From a phage, in sequence record NC_105513.1: a stretch of DNA of 51,277 nt. One strand, written 5' to 3'. Of this stretch, positions 1-7,629 are shown piece after piece (position 1 is the stretch's first letter; every line of letters starts with the position of its first letter). The position numbers and the translations under genes were made by a program. The notes beneath the pieces are model-generated. The model was given only the letters and a program-made list of their open reading frames with translations. It ran no database searches and was not told where the DNA came from.

Positions 1-31
1 CTTTTATTTCTCCTTTCGTTTCGGTGAAGTG

Positions 32-76
32 ATTATGCCAGGCTTTTACACCTGGCTTTTAACAAAAAGTGCTATT
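32..76 (-). promoter_or_regulatory. box-type promoter (box 57..76, -10 CATAAT 32..37)
   Basis: rc reads AATAGCACTTTTTGTTAAAA-N22-CATAAT; serves gene 50891..51277 across the junction. Confidence 0.6.
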
Positions 77-782
77 TTGCGTTTGCTTCGAAGACTGCGC
101 GAGCAAAACCGCGCGGAGTGAGGGAGCGGATCATCTTTGTGCGAGATGATTTTCCGCCAGTTTTGGCCCAGCCTGGATTATCTTTGTCATTCTCTTTCGG
201 CAGGATTAAAGCGCGCTGAGGAATAACAAATCCGTTTCCAGTCCAAAGGCATGTTTTCTTAAAGTAGCGATCCCGCGCCGGAATAATATCAGGAAAGTCG
301 GGATGTTTATCATCTTCCGGAAGATAGCCAGCATAATCGCACGGATGGAACGTATAATCAGGCTTGCGCCATAACGTTGACAGCTTGCCTACAGGATTCT
401 CTATCATGTACGGAACGCCGAAATAATCAGCAATTTGCGCCGCTATTTTGCAAGTGTCGGCGGCCTCATCCTGGAAAGAGGGATTCTCAAGGCGTTTTTT
501 GGACCAATGGCGAGATCCGCTATTTGCAAGGTCAGTGCACGGCGGAAATGCCATAATGAAATCAGGCTTGCCCCAATTTTCAAGTTTTGCGGTATATTTG
601 AATAGCTCATCAATCCACACATTAACGTAAAAAATATTATCATGGATTATGCGCACTGATTGGTAATCTCCATGATCTGCATCATCGTAATTAAAGCAAA
701 TGCATTTATATCCAGCATCAGCCCAATCTTTAACGGCTTTACCAGATCCATCAAACAAAGAGAATATTAAACCTTTATACAT
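72..782 (-). CDS. DNA (cytosine-5)-methyltransferase-like protein
   Basis: 236 aa; ordered motifs FSLFDGSG (FxGxG AdoMet site), FPPC (PC catalytic Cys), IENPVG (ENV); RBS GAGGTG upstream; stop TAG embedded in promoter box. Confidence 0.55.
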   Translation of the reverse strand: MYKGLIFSLFDGSGKAVKDWADAGYKCICFNYDDADHGDYQSVRIIHDNIFYVNVWIDELFKYTAKLENWGKPDFIMAFPPCTDLANSGSRHWSKKRLENPSFQDEAADTCKIAAQIADYFGVPYMIENPVGKLSTLWRKPDYTFHPCDYAGYLPEDDKHPDFPDIIPARDRYFKKTCLWTGNGFVIPQRALILPKENDKDNPGWAKTGGKSSRTKMIRSLTPRGFARAVFEANAK

Positions 783-791
783 TTCATCACC

Positions 792-1016
792 TCAAAACGG
801 AAAGCATCTAGGGCAGTTCGGATCAAAATTGCAACCACAATCATTAACAATCATGGTTGGATCTGCAAATGCAGCGCCGCATTCATGGTCCATATCCATT
901 TCACCCAACGCATCATCAAGCGTCCTGATTTTATATGCGACCTCAAGCGCGGCCTCTTTATTCAGTCCGGCATCTTCTGCTTTTTGCAGTCGCTCAAAAA
1001 AACCGTCTTGACTCAT
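792..1016 (-). CDS. hypothetical cysteine-rich small protein
   Basis: 74 aa ORF, RBS AAGGAG; C-terminal CGCNFDPNCPRC cluster. Confidence 0.5.
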   Translation of the reverse strand: MSQDGFFERLQKAEDAGLNKEAALEVAYKIRTLDDALGEMDMDHECGAAFADPTMIVNDCGCNFDPNCPRCFPF

Positions 1017-1126
1017 TTAATAAACTCCTTAACAACAGCAAGAATAATCACAAGCCCAGCAGTAAAAACAAGCAAACCGACAAGGCCAATCATAACACCA
1101 AATAAAATATCAAGCGCCTTAATCAT
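1013..1126 (-). CDS. putative small hydrophobic peptide (37 aa)
   Basis: MIKALDILFGVMIGLVGLLVFTAGLVIILAVVKEFIK read from reverse complement; single predicted TM helix; stop overlaps next ATG; below ORF-track length cutoff. Confidence 0.3.
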   Translation of the reverse strand: MIKALDILFGVMIGLVGLLVFTAGLVIILAVVKEFIK

Positions 1127-1137
1127 TTATTCACCAT

Positions 1138-1166
1138 TGATAAAATGGGAGGCGGCAACCTCCCAT
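1138..1166 (-). terminator. rho-independent terminator
   Basis: 8-bp stem ATGGGAGG/CCTCCCAT, 6-nt loop, U-run on minus strand. Confidence 0.45.
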
Positions 1167-1173
1167 TGATTAA

Positions 1174-1434
1174 TCATACAGCCTTCCAGCTTTCAATAAA
1201 CATGCTGTTTTCTTCCAGAAGTTTAATCAATTCTTCGCGCGTATATTTGCGGATTTTACTACCTGGATGTGAGCCAACAACAAACACACCTTTACCACTT
1301 GTGATGGTTAACTGGTTAATTCCGCAAGATTTATCCATTTTCACGGCGACGCGGTGATGTGCATCAACAGTGTGCATGATGTTAGTGACTTTAGCTTTCA
1401 TTATGCGATCCTCATTGTACTTAGTGTAGGACAT
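1174..1434 (-). CDS. hypothetical protein
   Basis: 86 aa ORF in early leftward block. Confidence 0.5.
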   Translation of the reverse strand: MSYTKYNEDRIMKAKVTNIMHTVDAHHRVAVKMDKSCGINQLTITSGKGVFVVGSHPGSKIRKYTREELIKLLEENSMFIESWKAV

Positions 1435-1439
1435 TATAT

Positions 1440-1673
1440 TTACTTCAAATTCTCGATCTTGTTATTGCCAATTGCAGAATGAACGCAACGCTCTTGCGTC
1501 TCCTTGTCGCCATGAACATCAATATAATAACCAGGTATGACAGTAAAAAACCAATTACCACGCCAGAAGAAATAAAGGCCATGCTTGCTTCCTTTCGCGC
1601 ATTTATTAGCATTTTTAGGTATTGGAAGTCCGTGTACTCTCCGCAATTCTACATTCTTGTTAAAATTTGGCAT
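1440..1673 (-). CDS. hypothetical protein
   Basis: 77 aa ORF, RBS GGAGG 7 nt upstream. Confidence 0.5.
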   Translation of the reverse strand: MPNFNKNVELRRVHGLPIPKNANKCAKGSKHGLYFFWRGNWFFTVIPGYYIDVHGDKETQERCVHSAIGNNKIENLK

Positions 1674-1867
1674 TACACAACCTCCATAAAAGTATTGAAT
1701 CCACGCAGTTTGAAAGCATTGCCATGCTTAACAACGTTCCATGTCAGGCCGGAGTGATACGCAACCATATCCTCAAGATCAATGGTGATGATAGCGCCTT
1801 TCTTAAAGATTCCTTTCTCGTGAGTGGTGTCACGCTGTACAACTTTAACGTCAACCTGTGTTTCCAT
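1673..1867 (-). CDS. hypothetical protein
   Basis: 64 aa ORF preceded by promoter box 1924..1943 and conserved leader GAGGATTTAAAAATG. Confidence 0.5.
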   Translation of the reverse strand: METQVDVKVVQRDTTHEKGIFKKGAIITIDLEDMVAYHSGLTWNVVKHGNAFKLRGFNTFMEVV

Positions 1868-1898
1868 TTTTAAATCCTCATTCGTTGTCGATGCGCAT

Positions 1899-1943
1899 AA
1901 TATACCAATCAGAGGCGCATCGTTTTTAACAAAAAGTGCTATT
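1899..1943 (-). promoter_or_regulatory. box-type promoter (box 1924..1943, -10 TATATT)
   Basis: box, 22-bp spacer, TATATT, then conserved leader CATCGACAACGAATGAGGA. Confidence 0.6.
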
Positions 1944-2218
1944 CAACAACAGATCCAGTTAAAGAGATAAGCTGCCTTGTGATCATACTGACGCGCAACA
2001 ACCGGAAGATTTTCACCGCTCTGATGACCGAAGCAGATCGGCAACTCACCCTCAAGAGAGCGGAAGCCGCCAAATTCAAGATCCCGCACTGGCTTTGAGC
2101 GCCACGCTTCAATAAATCCGCGTTCGTCACGCGTGATATAGTGGTATATGTTAGGGAGGGGCAATTGTACACCCTCAAAATCCACGGTATCGGTATAGCT
2201 GTAAAACTTAGAACTCAT
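1943..2218 (-). CDS. hypothetical protein
   Basis: 91 aa from Met MSSKFYSY; RBS GGAG; start overlaps stop of 2208..2360. Confidence 0.5.
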   Translation of the reverse strand: MSSKFYSYTDTVDFEGVQLPLPNIYHYITRDERGFIEAWRSKPVRDLEFGGFRSLEGELPICFGHQSGENLPVVARQYDHKAAYLFNWICC

Positions 2219-2360
2219 AGTCAACAACTCCAAATTCGTTAACGATTTGCGCCTTATAGAATCCGCCATTTTTCGCAAGGTTGTAGCAGGCCGCTACAGT
2301 TTCAAATTCTCGCACTTCCGGCTGGCTGTTTTCATGTTCCCAGGTAATCAGAGTAACCAT
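2208..2360 (-). CDS. hypothetical small protein (50 aa)
   Basis: MVTLITWEHENSQPEV... read from reverse complement; preceded by promoter box and conserved leader GAGGATTTGAAAATG. Confidence 0.45.
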   Translation of the reverse strand: MVTLITWEHENSQPEVREFETVAACYNLAKNGGFYKAQIVNEFGVVDYEF

Positions 2361-2393
2361 TTTCAAATCCTCGCATTCGTTGTCGATGTGTGT

Positions 2394-2438
2394 AATATAT
2401 CGGATTGCGAGGATTGAGTTTTAACAAAAAGTGCTATT
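2394..2438 (-). promoter_or_regulatory. box-type promoter (box 2419..2438, -10 TATATT)
   Basis: box, 22-bp spacer, TATATT, conserved leader. Confidence 0.6.
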
Positions 2439-2704
2439 TAGTCCAGGAATTCGATTTCGCGCTCGCCAGTTAACGGATCTTTAATCCAGAATCCGAGCGC
2501 CTCACCGTAAATACCGCCATAGAATCCAAGCGCCGACAGATCCTCACCTTTAACAAATACCAGATCCCCGCTACGGCTTACGTGAGATACGTTAACGATA
2601 ACCGGAAAGGTGCGATCCTTAAATGCAGGCCGCAGGGCGTAACATCCGTTATTGAGCAAACGTGCTTTGCGCTTAACTGGAATAGGTGCATTGATTCGCG
2701 CCAT
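2438..2704 (-). CDS. hypothetical protein
   Basis: 88 aa ORF; stop abuts promoter box 2419..2438. Confidence 0.5.
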   Translation of the reverse strand: MARINAPIPVKRKARLLNNGCYALRPAFKDRTFPVIVNVSHVSRSGDLVFVKGEDLSALGFYGGIYGEALGFWIKDPLTGEREIEFLD

Positions 2705-2717
2705 CTTTATTTCTCCT

Positions 2718-2963
2718 TCATTGTTGATCGTGTTTAACGGCCATCAGAACATCACAGGACTCGTTAATGAATTTAGCCATGCGTTTATCATCACCAACAG
2801 GTATTAGCGCGTTAAACTCGCGTTTGCTACTGAATACCGTCACTTTATGAAACGATGCGAACGGCATCGACGGGAACTCGACTGTTTGCGTCAAGATTCG
2901 CAATCCCATCTTTTTGGCCCTTATCTGGGCCTCAGCGAGTTCAAAATCCACTTCACTAATCAT
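2718..2963 (-). CDS. hypothetical protein
   Basis: 81 aa ORF, overlaps start of downstream gene by 4 nt. Confidence 0.5.
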   Translation of the reverse strand: MISEVDFELAEAQIRAKKMGLRILTQTVEFPSMPFASFHKVTVFSSKREFNALIPVGDDKRMAKFINESCDVLMAVKHDQQ

Positions 2964-3232
2964 TTCTTGATCTCCTCAGCAATAAACTTCAGGACTTTGC
3001 GCAAAAACACTTCATTATTGATGGTCGCTGGCAATTCTTCTTTTACTTCTTGCGGCAGGTAAACGTTGCCATGCCAGGTTAAGCAATCGTAGTTGATACG
3101 ATAAGAGCAAAGCCACTCGCAATCGTTATCCGCTTCCCAAATGCAGAGTTGCAGAACATCACCGAAATCCTCAACAGTCAGATCCAGACCGTGACGCTTT
3201 GCAAAGTTGAAAGTGGTTTTGCTGATGTTCAT
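2960..3232 (-). CDS. hypothetical protein
   Basis: 90 aa ORF, RBS AGGAG; first gene after promoter box 3296..3315. Confidence 0.55.
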   Translation of the reverse strand: MNISKTTFNFAKRHGLDLTVEDFGDVLQLCIWEADNDCEWLCSYRINYDCLTWHGNVYLPQEVKEELPATINNEVFLRKVLKFIAEEIKK

Positions 3233-3270
3233 TTGCTTTCTCCTGATGGGTATCTCGTTTCGATGTGTGC

Positions 3271-3315
3271 ATTATGCCGAATCCAGTCAGGCACGTTTTA
3301 ACAAAAAGTGCTATT
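3271..3315 (-). promoter_or_regulatory. box-type promoter (box 3296..3315, -10 CATAAT)
   Basis: box, 22-bp spacer, CATAAT, leader CACATCGAAACGAGA; first promoter of leftward early block. Confidence 0.6.
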
Positions 3316-3539
3316 TGCTTACTGGTCATTATTCCATCTATTCCATTAATCAGGAATAACAGGAATAACTCATTCGCGATCACCTGGATTGGGAGACTTT
3401 GAGTTTGGTCAATTTTAATCAAGTGATTAACTTTTTGTGTGGAGGGGATAGAGAAACGCTGCCCTCTTGCATCCTTTCCGACAATCCTGGCGCGCGCATC
3501 TGTTATTTCTGTTCCCCATGTTATCTCAAATAAGCCTCC

Positions 3540-3868
3540 GCACTTTTAGATAACAGAATCGGCGTTCATCAACAAAAAGAACAAAATAAAATTTATATAT
3601 ATACCCATAAAATCAATAAGTTAGTTATATATGTATTTATATTTGTTATTTACTGTTGAGCTTGTTCTATGGGTATATGGTGGAGTGGTATTGTTTGTGG
3701 TGATATGTATGTGTGATTGTATATTTTTTAATCAATGGTGATATGTGGTGATTTTTGTATGTATATATATAGGTATGGAGCAATCCTCCGTCAACCAAGT
3801 CAACAAGGTCATTTTTAAAAGAAAAACCAATGACTTAACTGAAGCATTTTGTTATCTTTAAACGCGCC
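3540..3868. repeat. AT/GT-rich non-coding region A, homologous to region B
   Basis: ORF-free; shares exact 16-mer AAATCAATAAGTTAGT (3610..3625) and about 55 bp of flanking similarity with 32755..32812; GGTGAT iteron-like repeats. Confidence 0.6.
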
Positions 3869-3904
3869 ACATGCCAAAAATTGTTATTAAAACACAAAAA
3901 TACA

Positions 3905-3933
3905 TTGACACGTATGAAAGGCAAGGCAATAAT
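3905..3933 (+). promoter_or_regulatory. sigma70-like promoter TTGACA-17-AATAAT
   Basis: canonical spacing, about 35 nt upstream of ATG 3970. Confidence 0.5.
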
Positions 3934-3969
3934 GCATCCAGTTTAAACGCAACAAAAGGAGTAGACGCC

Positions 3970-4455
3970 ATGAGCGAAGAAAATATTAGCACCATGTCGC
4001 GTAGTGAGTTCTGCGATATGCTTCGCAGCCTGGGCGCGGCAATTGGTAGCGGTGAGCGTAATGATGTATTCATGCCAGCACTTTTTTTGTGCGCTAACGT
4101 GGAGAACGGCGAAGCAATTACGGCATCGTACATGCGCCAAGTGGTCAACCGTGTGCCAGAAGTAAAGCAAAAAGGCGTGATCAGCATTAAGCGAAAGGTG
4201 ACTGATGAGGGTGATGGCTTTGTGTTTACGCTCACTGAAGCCAAAAGCAAGCCTCGCGTTCTGACTGGTGAAGAAATCGACGAGATCGCAGAAAAGCGCG
4301 CAGAGAAGGCGGTAAGCAAAATTCTTAATCACCTGGTAAACGTAATGCCAAATATCACAGACCTGGAAGGCGACAAACTTGCTGGGGCGTGTGAGGCTAT
4401 CGGGCGCTACCAGGATATGATTCGTAAACTCGCTGGAGGAAAAGAGGATGAATAA
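3970..4455 (+). CDS. hypothetical protein
   Basis: 161 aa from MSEENIST; RBS AAGGAG; downstream of TTGACA-17-AATAAT promoter. Confidence 0.6.
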   Translation: MSEENISTMSRSEFCDMLRSLGAAIGSGERNDVFMPALFLCANVENGEAITASYMRQVVNRVPEVKQKGVISIKRKVTDEGDGFVFTLTEAKSKPRVLTGEEIDEIAEKRAEKAVSKILNHLVNVMPNITDLEGDKLAGACEAIGRYQDMIRKLAGGKEDE

Positions 4456-4708
4456 GGCATTAATTGGAGTTTTGATTGCAATCGCTACCCTTACCGGATG
4501 CGAAAAGGCATCTGAATCAACAGTTGTCGTAGGAGTGGAGTCAGATTTTAAAGTCGGTCGCCTGTTTACTGTTGATGGATGCACTGCGTACCGATTCTAT
4601 GACAACGGTCGAGCAATCTATTACACCAATTGTAAGGGCGCAACGGATAGCACATACCGCAGCGGCAAAAACGTAATGCACCAACAAGTCACAACAGATA
4701 TTAAATAG
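4448..4708 (+). CDS. putative lipoprotein
   Basis: 86 aa; N-terminal signal peptide with lipobox LTGC (MNKALIGVLIAIATLTGCEK). Confidence 0.6.
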   Translation: MNKALIGVLIAIATLTGCEKASESTVVVGVESDFKVGRLFTVDGCTAYRFYDNGRAIYYTNCKGATDSTYRSGKNVMHQQVTTDIK

Positions 4709-4748
4709 CACTTTTTGTTAAAACTCGAAAACGATAACCAGGCATAAT
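4704..4748 (+). promoter_or_regulatory. box-type promoter (-10 CATAAT 4743..4748)
   Basis: AATAGCACTTTTTGTTAAAAC, stop TAG 4706..4708 inside box; 22-bp spacer. Confidence 0.6.
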
Positions 4749-4803
4749 AAATCACATAGGGCGGCACGGCGTCGCACAGTTAAACCAATCAGGAGAAAGC
4801 ACC

Positions 4804-5697
4804 ATGTTAAAACTTGCTGACATTAAATTCCCGATCACCTTCGAATCTCGCGGCATTGGTCATTACATTTTTACCGATGAAAAAACATGCCATAAGGTTG
4901 ATATGAATAGCGACAAACTAACCCCATCAACAATGGAGATTGAACACTTTATTGATGCACACAATACGCACTACAACGCACTTAAAGACTATGGCTATGC
5001 AATGCCAGGCTACACATGTTTGCACTACAAGCCATATAAGGGCCAGGTGTTACCAGTGCGCTCACCGGAACGCGCAGAGATTCCGATGGTCAATATGAAA
5101 ACCTGCGACTACAAAAAGCTGTGGTGCTTAAGTCTGGACAATATCAAGTATCCGATCACGTTCCACACGACTGGTAAGTCAACGATTCGCTACACATCGC
5201 GCGACAATGGCGTTTATAGCGATGGTACGAAATCAGGGTTGAAAGTTGATTTCTTTGTCAATGGTCACAACAAGTTCAATCCGCACAATGAAAAGGATAA
5301 GGTGTACTACGTGGAAGATATTACAAAACACTTGTTTGGAGAAACACCATTCGGCGGCGGTAAGACGTCAATTCAACAAATCATTGGCGAGGAGATCCAC
5401 AAGGCAGCCGTTGAAATGAAAGCGCCTGGAGGATGGCGTATTGATAAGAGCGCAATTGTCTATCAAGAAATAGTAACGCAGGGCGCAATTGAAGACATGC
5501 CACTTGCCGCCACGCTAAAAGGCGTCCAAATTGCGGATGGCACATGGTTTGAATTAACGGCAAAACCAAAGACTATCGAGATTCATGATGATGTTGTTAT
5601 TCTTCTGCTTCATTACGGTAGCGCAAAAAACCGTACCGTTGCGGGTGAGATTAGCATCAAGCGCGGAACGATGGTTAAGTGGAATGTCAAAGTGTAA
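4804..5697 (+). CDS. hypothetical protein with internal tandem duplication
   Basis: 297 aa; two homologous segments (LADIKFPITFESRGIGHY... and LDNIKYPITFHTTGKSTI...). Confidence 0.65.
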   Translation: MLKLADIKFPITFESRGIGHYIFTDEKTCHKVDMNSDKLTPSTMEIEHFIDAHNTHYNALKDYGYAMPGYTCLHYKPYKGQVLPVRSPERAEIPMVNMKTCDYKKLWCLSLDNIKYPITFHTTGKSTIRYTSRDNGVYSDGTKSGLKVDFFVNGHNKFNPHNEKDKVYYVEDITKHLFGETPFGGGKTSIQQIIGEEIHKAAVEMKAPGGWRIDKSAIVYQEIVTQGAIEDMPLAATLKGVQIADGTWFELTAKPKTIEIHDDVVILLLHYGSAKNRTVAGEISIKRGTMVKWNVKV

Positions 5698-5740
5698 ATA
5701 GCACGAATTGTTAAAACTCAAATGTGGGGCCAGGTATAAT
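5697..5740 (+). promoter_or_regulatory. box-type promoter (-10 TATAAT 5735..5740)
   Basis: AATAGCACGAATTGTTAAAAC; 21-bp spacer. Confidence 0.6.
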
Positions 5741-5770
5741 GGCCTCACTTTCAACGAAGGAGATAAAACG

Positions 5771-6208
5771 ATGTACATTAGCAAGAAGATGAAATGCGTT
5801 TCCGTTAATTATGGTTGTGCTGGAATGTTCAAGCCTGGCGAAATCTATACGGCGCAAAAACTGAAATCATCAACCGGATCCTTTTACGTGAGCAATAGTA
5901 AAGGGCATCGCATGTTCCTGAACGGTGGCGAAGGCACTAAGGTTATGGCGCACGCTATGGTGATTGCTGAATTTGAGGAAGTGAAAGATGGAACAAATAA
6001 GCGCGTTAAGCACAAGTTTATTGATAATCATGGCGATGCACTTGAGGTATATAAGTTCGGCGATCGCGTGTTTATTGATGGCACATTTGAAGGTGGACGC
6101 AGGCCGGATTTTAGATCGATACTCACCATTGACCAGGTGCGCAAGCTGGCGGATAAGTTAAATGATCTGGCAGATGAAATCGAATACAAGCAAATTCATT
6201 TTAATTGA
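5771..6208 (+). CDS. hypothetical protein
   Basis: 145 aa from MYISKKMK; RBS AAGGAG. Confidence 0.55.
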   Translation: MYISKKMKCVSVNYGCAGMFKPGEIYTAQKLKSSTGSFYVSNSKGHRMFLNGGEGTKVMAHAMVIAEFEEVKDGTNKRVKHKFIDNHGDALEVYKFGDRVFIDGTFEGGRRPDFRSILTIDQVRKLADKLNDLADEIEYKQIHFN

Positions 6209-6219
6209 TAGGTTTGATA

Positions 6220-6759
6220 ATGAAAAAATACGAATTTGAACTTTGGGGCAGCAAATACCATTTTTCCACGAGCAAGCCGATTGTTATCGTTGACCTGGAC
6301 GGAACGTTATCAGACGGAACGCATCGCTTACACCTGCTTCCGACAGAAGATTTGCACCTTACAGAAAGCTGGTCTGAGTTCAATAAGGCGGCTGTTGGCG
6401 ATTCGCCGATTAAGAGCACGGTTGCAGTGGTTAACGGTTTGTGGATGTCAGGATTTGCCATCGTTATCCTGACCGGACGTAGCGATGAAGTGATGGAGGA
6501 CACCTGCAAATGGATTAACGAAAACGGCATCAAGTACGATGCGTTAATCATGCGCCGCAAGGAAGACAACCGCAAAGACACAATCATTAAAGAAGAAGTC
6601 TTGCGCGCTATCGGCCTAGAAAACATCGTGTGCGCTTTTGATGATTCGCCGAACGTGGTTAAGCACTTCCGCAGCCTGGGAATCACAACCTATCAGGTCA
6701 CGGAATACGACAAGCCACATAATCATATCCAATCGCATGGCGTGGAGGAATTGAAATGA
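6220..6759 (+). CDS. HAD-superfamily phosphatase-like protein
   Basis: 179 aa; DxDGT nucleophile motif (IVIVDLDGTLSDG), later ILTGR and FDDSP motifs typical of HAD hydrolases. Confidence 0.6.
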   Translation: MKKYEFELWGSKYHFSTSKPIVIVDLDGTLSDGTHRLHLLPTEDLHLTESWSEFNKAAVGDSPIKSTVAVVNGLWMSGFAIVILTGRSDEVMEDTCKWINENGIKYDALIMRRKEDNRKDTIIKEEVLRAIGLENIVCAFDDSPNVVKHFRSLGITTYQVTEYDKPHNHIQSHGVEELK

Positions 6760-6917
6760 TCTGGTTACTTTTAATCTTTGTCACAAGTTACAATTCCGCC
6801 GCTATTGAATCGCAAGAGTTCCACGGCGAATCAAGATGCCAGGAAGCACGAAAACAAGTTGTTCTCCACATGTCAGATAGTGGGAAAGATGTAACAGCGC
6901 TATGCGTTCGTAAATAG
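6756..6917 (+). CDS. small membrane protein (MIWLL family, 53 aa)
   Basis: ATG overlaps upstream stop; hydrophobic N-terminus MIWLLLIFVTSY; stop TAG embedded in promoter box. Confidence 0.45.
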   Translation: MIWLLLIFVTSYNSAAIESQEFHGESRCQEARKQVVLHMSDSGKDVTALCVRK

Positions 6918-6957
6918 CACTTTTTGCAAAAACACATTATCGGGCTTGCGGTATAGT
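6913..6957 (+). promoter_or_regulatory. box-type promoter (-10 TATAGT 6952..6957)
   Basis: AATAGCACTTTTTGCAAAAAC; 21-bp spacer; conserved leader CCCATCGACAACAAGCGAGGA. Confidence 0.55.
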
Positions 6958-6988
6958 AAGCCCATCGACAACAAGCGAGGATTAAATC

Positions 6989-7253
6989 ATGGTTAATAAA
7001 GTTGAGTTTTTCAAAGCGGTAGACAAGATTGACGGCGCGCCAAGTTTCTTTGCTATCCATTCCATTGACGGCGAAAGACGTTGCATACAACGTGATTAGT
7101 CGAGACGGTATATCAAAACTTAGTGACCTGGTGGGTTATATTGTGGCAAACGGGAAATGTGCATGGCCCGATTCGCCACGAGAGCCGCGCCGCCGCGACA
7201 TGCAAAATCCAGTCCTGCTTTACACGCTGGTAATTGAAGGAGTCAACAAATGA
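6989..7253 (+). pseudogene. frameshifted or two-part ORF (hypothetical protein)
   Basis: ATG at 6989 with conserved leader and RBS GAGGA reads 36 codons to TAG 7097..7099; the +1 frame stays open to 7253 with no ATG of its own. Confidence 0.3.
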
Positions 7254-7435
7254 TTTGGTTACTTGTATTTTTGGTGGTTTTCTTTTATATTTCAGGCTTA
7301 TTCATCTTCCGTGCGCTGGTGAAAACATGCGATTGCACGGATAAAGATCATCCTCTTGTTCTGATGTTCTGGTTTGTGTGGTTTTGGGTTGCGCTTTATC
7401 AGATTGTACGGGATAAAAGCGGATTCAAGTGGTGA
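7250..7435 (+). CDS. small membrane protein (MIWLL family, 61 aa)
   Basis: Starts MIWLLVFLVVFFYISGLFIF; two hydrophobic segments; paralog of 6756..6917. Confidence 0.5.
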   Translation: MIWLLVFLVVFFYISGLFIFRALVKTCDCTDKDHPLVLMFWFVWFWVALYQIVRDKSGFKW

Positions 7436-7629
7436 TTCTTACTATAGCGCATTCACGCAGTGCGCTATGTTGAGATAACAACATGAGATCATGAAGATGC
7501 GAAACTTCGAAAAAATCGTATCCAAAAAGAAGCGATACAGCTACCACGAGCACCAAGAGATGAATCAACGCTATCGCAATAAGCGCCAGCGCAAAGGTAA
7601 ACATTCCGGTAAACATGGAGAAAATCAAT

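Noticed and set aside
57-76. The 21-bp box considered as a rho-independent terminator, since it follows stop codons
   Set aside because: The box contains no stable hairpin and no GC-rich stem; it is instead followed at fixed distance by a -10 hexamer and an RBS.
3171-3422. Minus-strand ORF of 83 aa from the six-frame track
   Set aside because: Overlaps the box promoter 3296..3315 and the 5' end of gene 2960..3232; no RBS; likely a non-coding promoter region.
3540-3868. AT-rich region with short repeated words considered as a possible CRISPR array
   Set aside because: No regularly spaced identical direct repeats with unique spacers; repeats are short, overlapping and irregular, and a homologous copy exists at 32700..33076.
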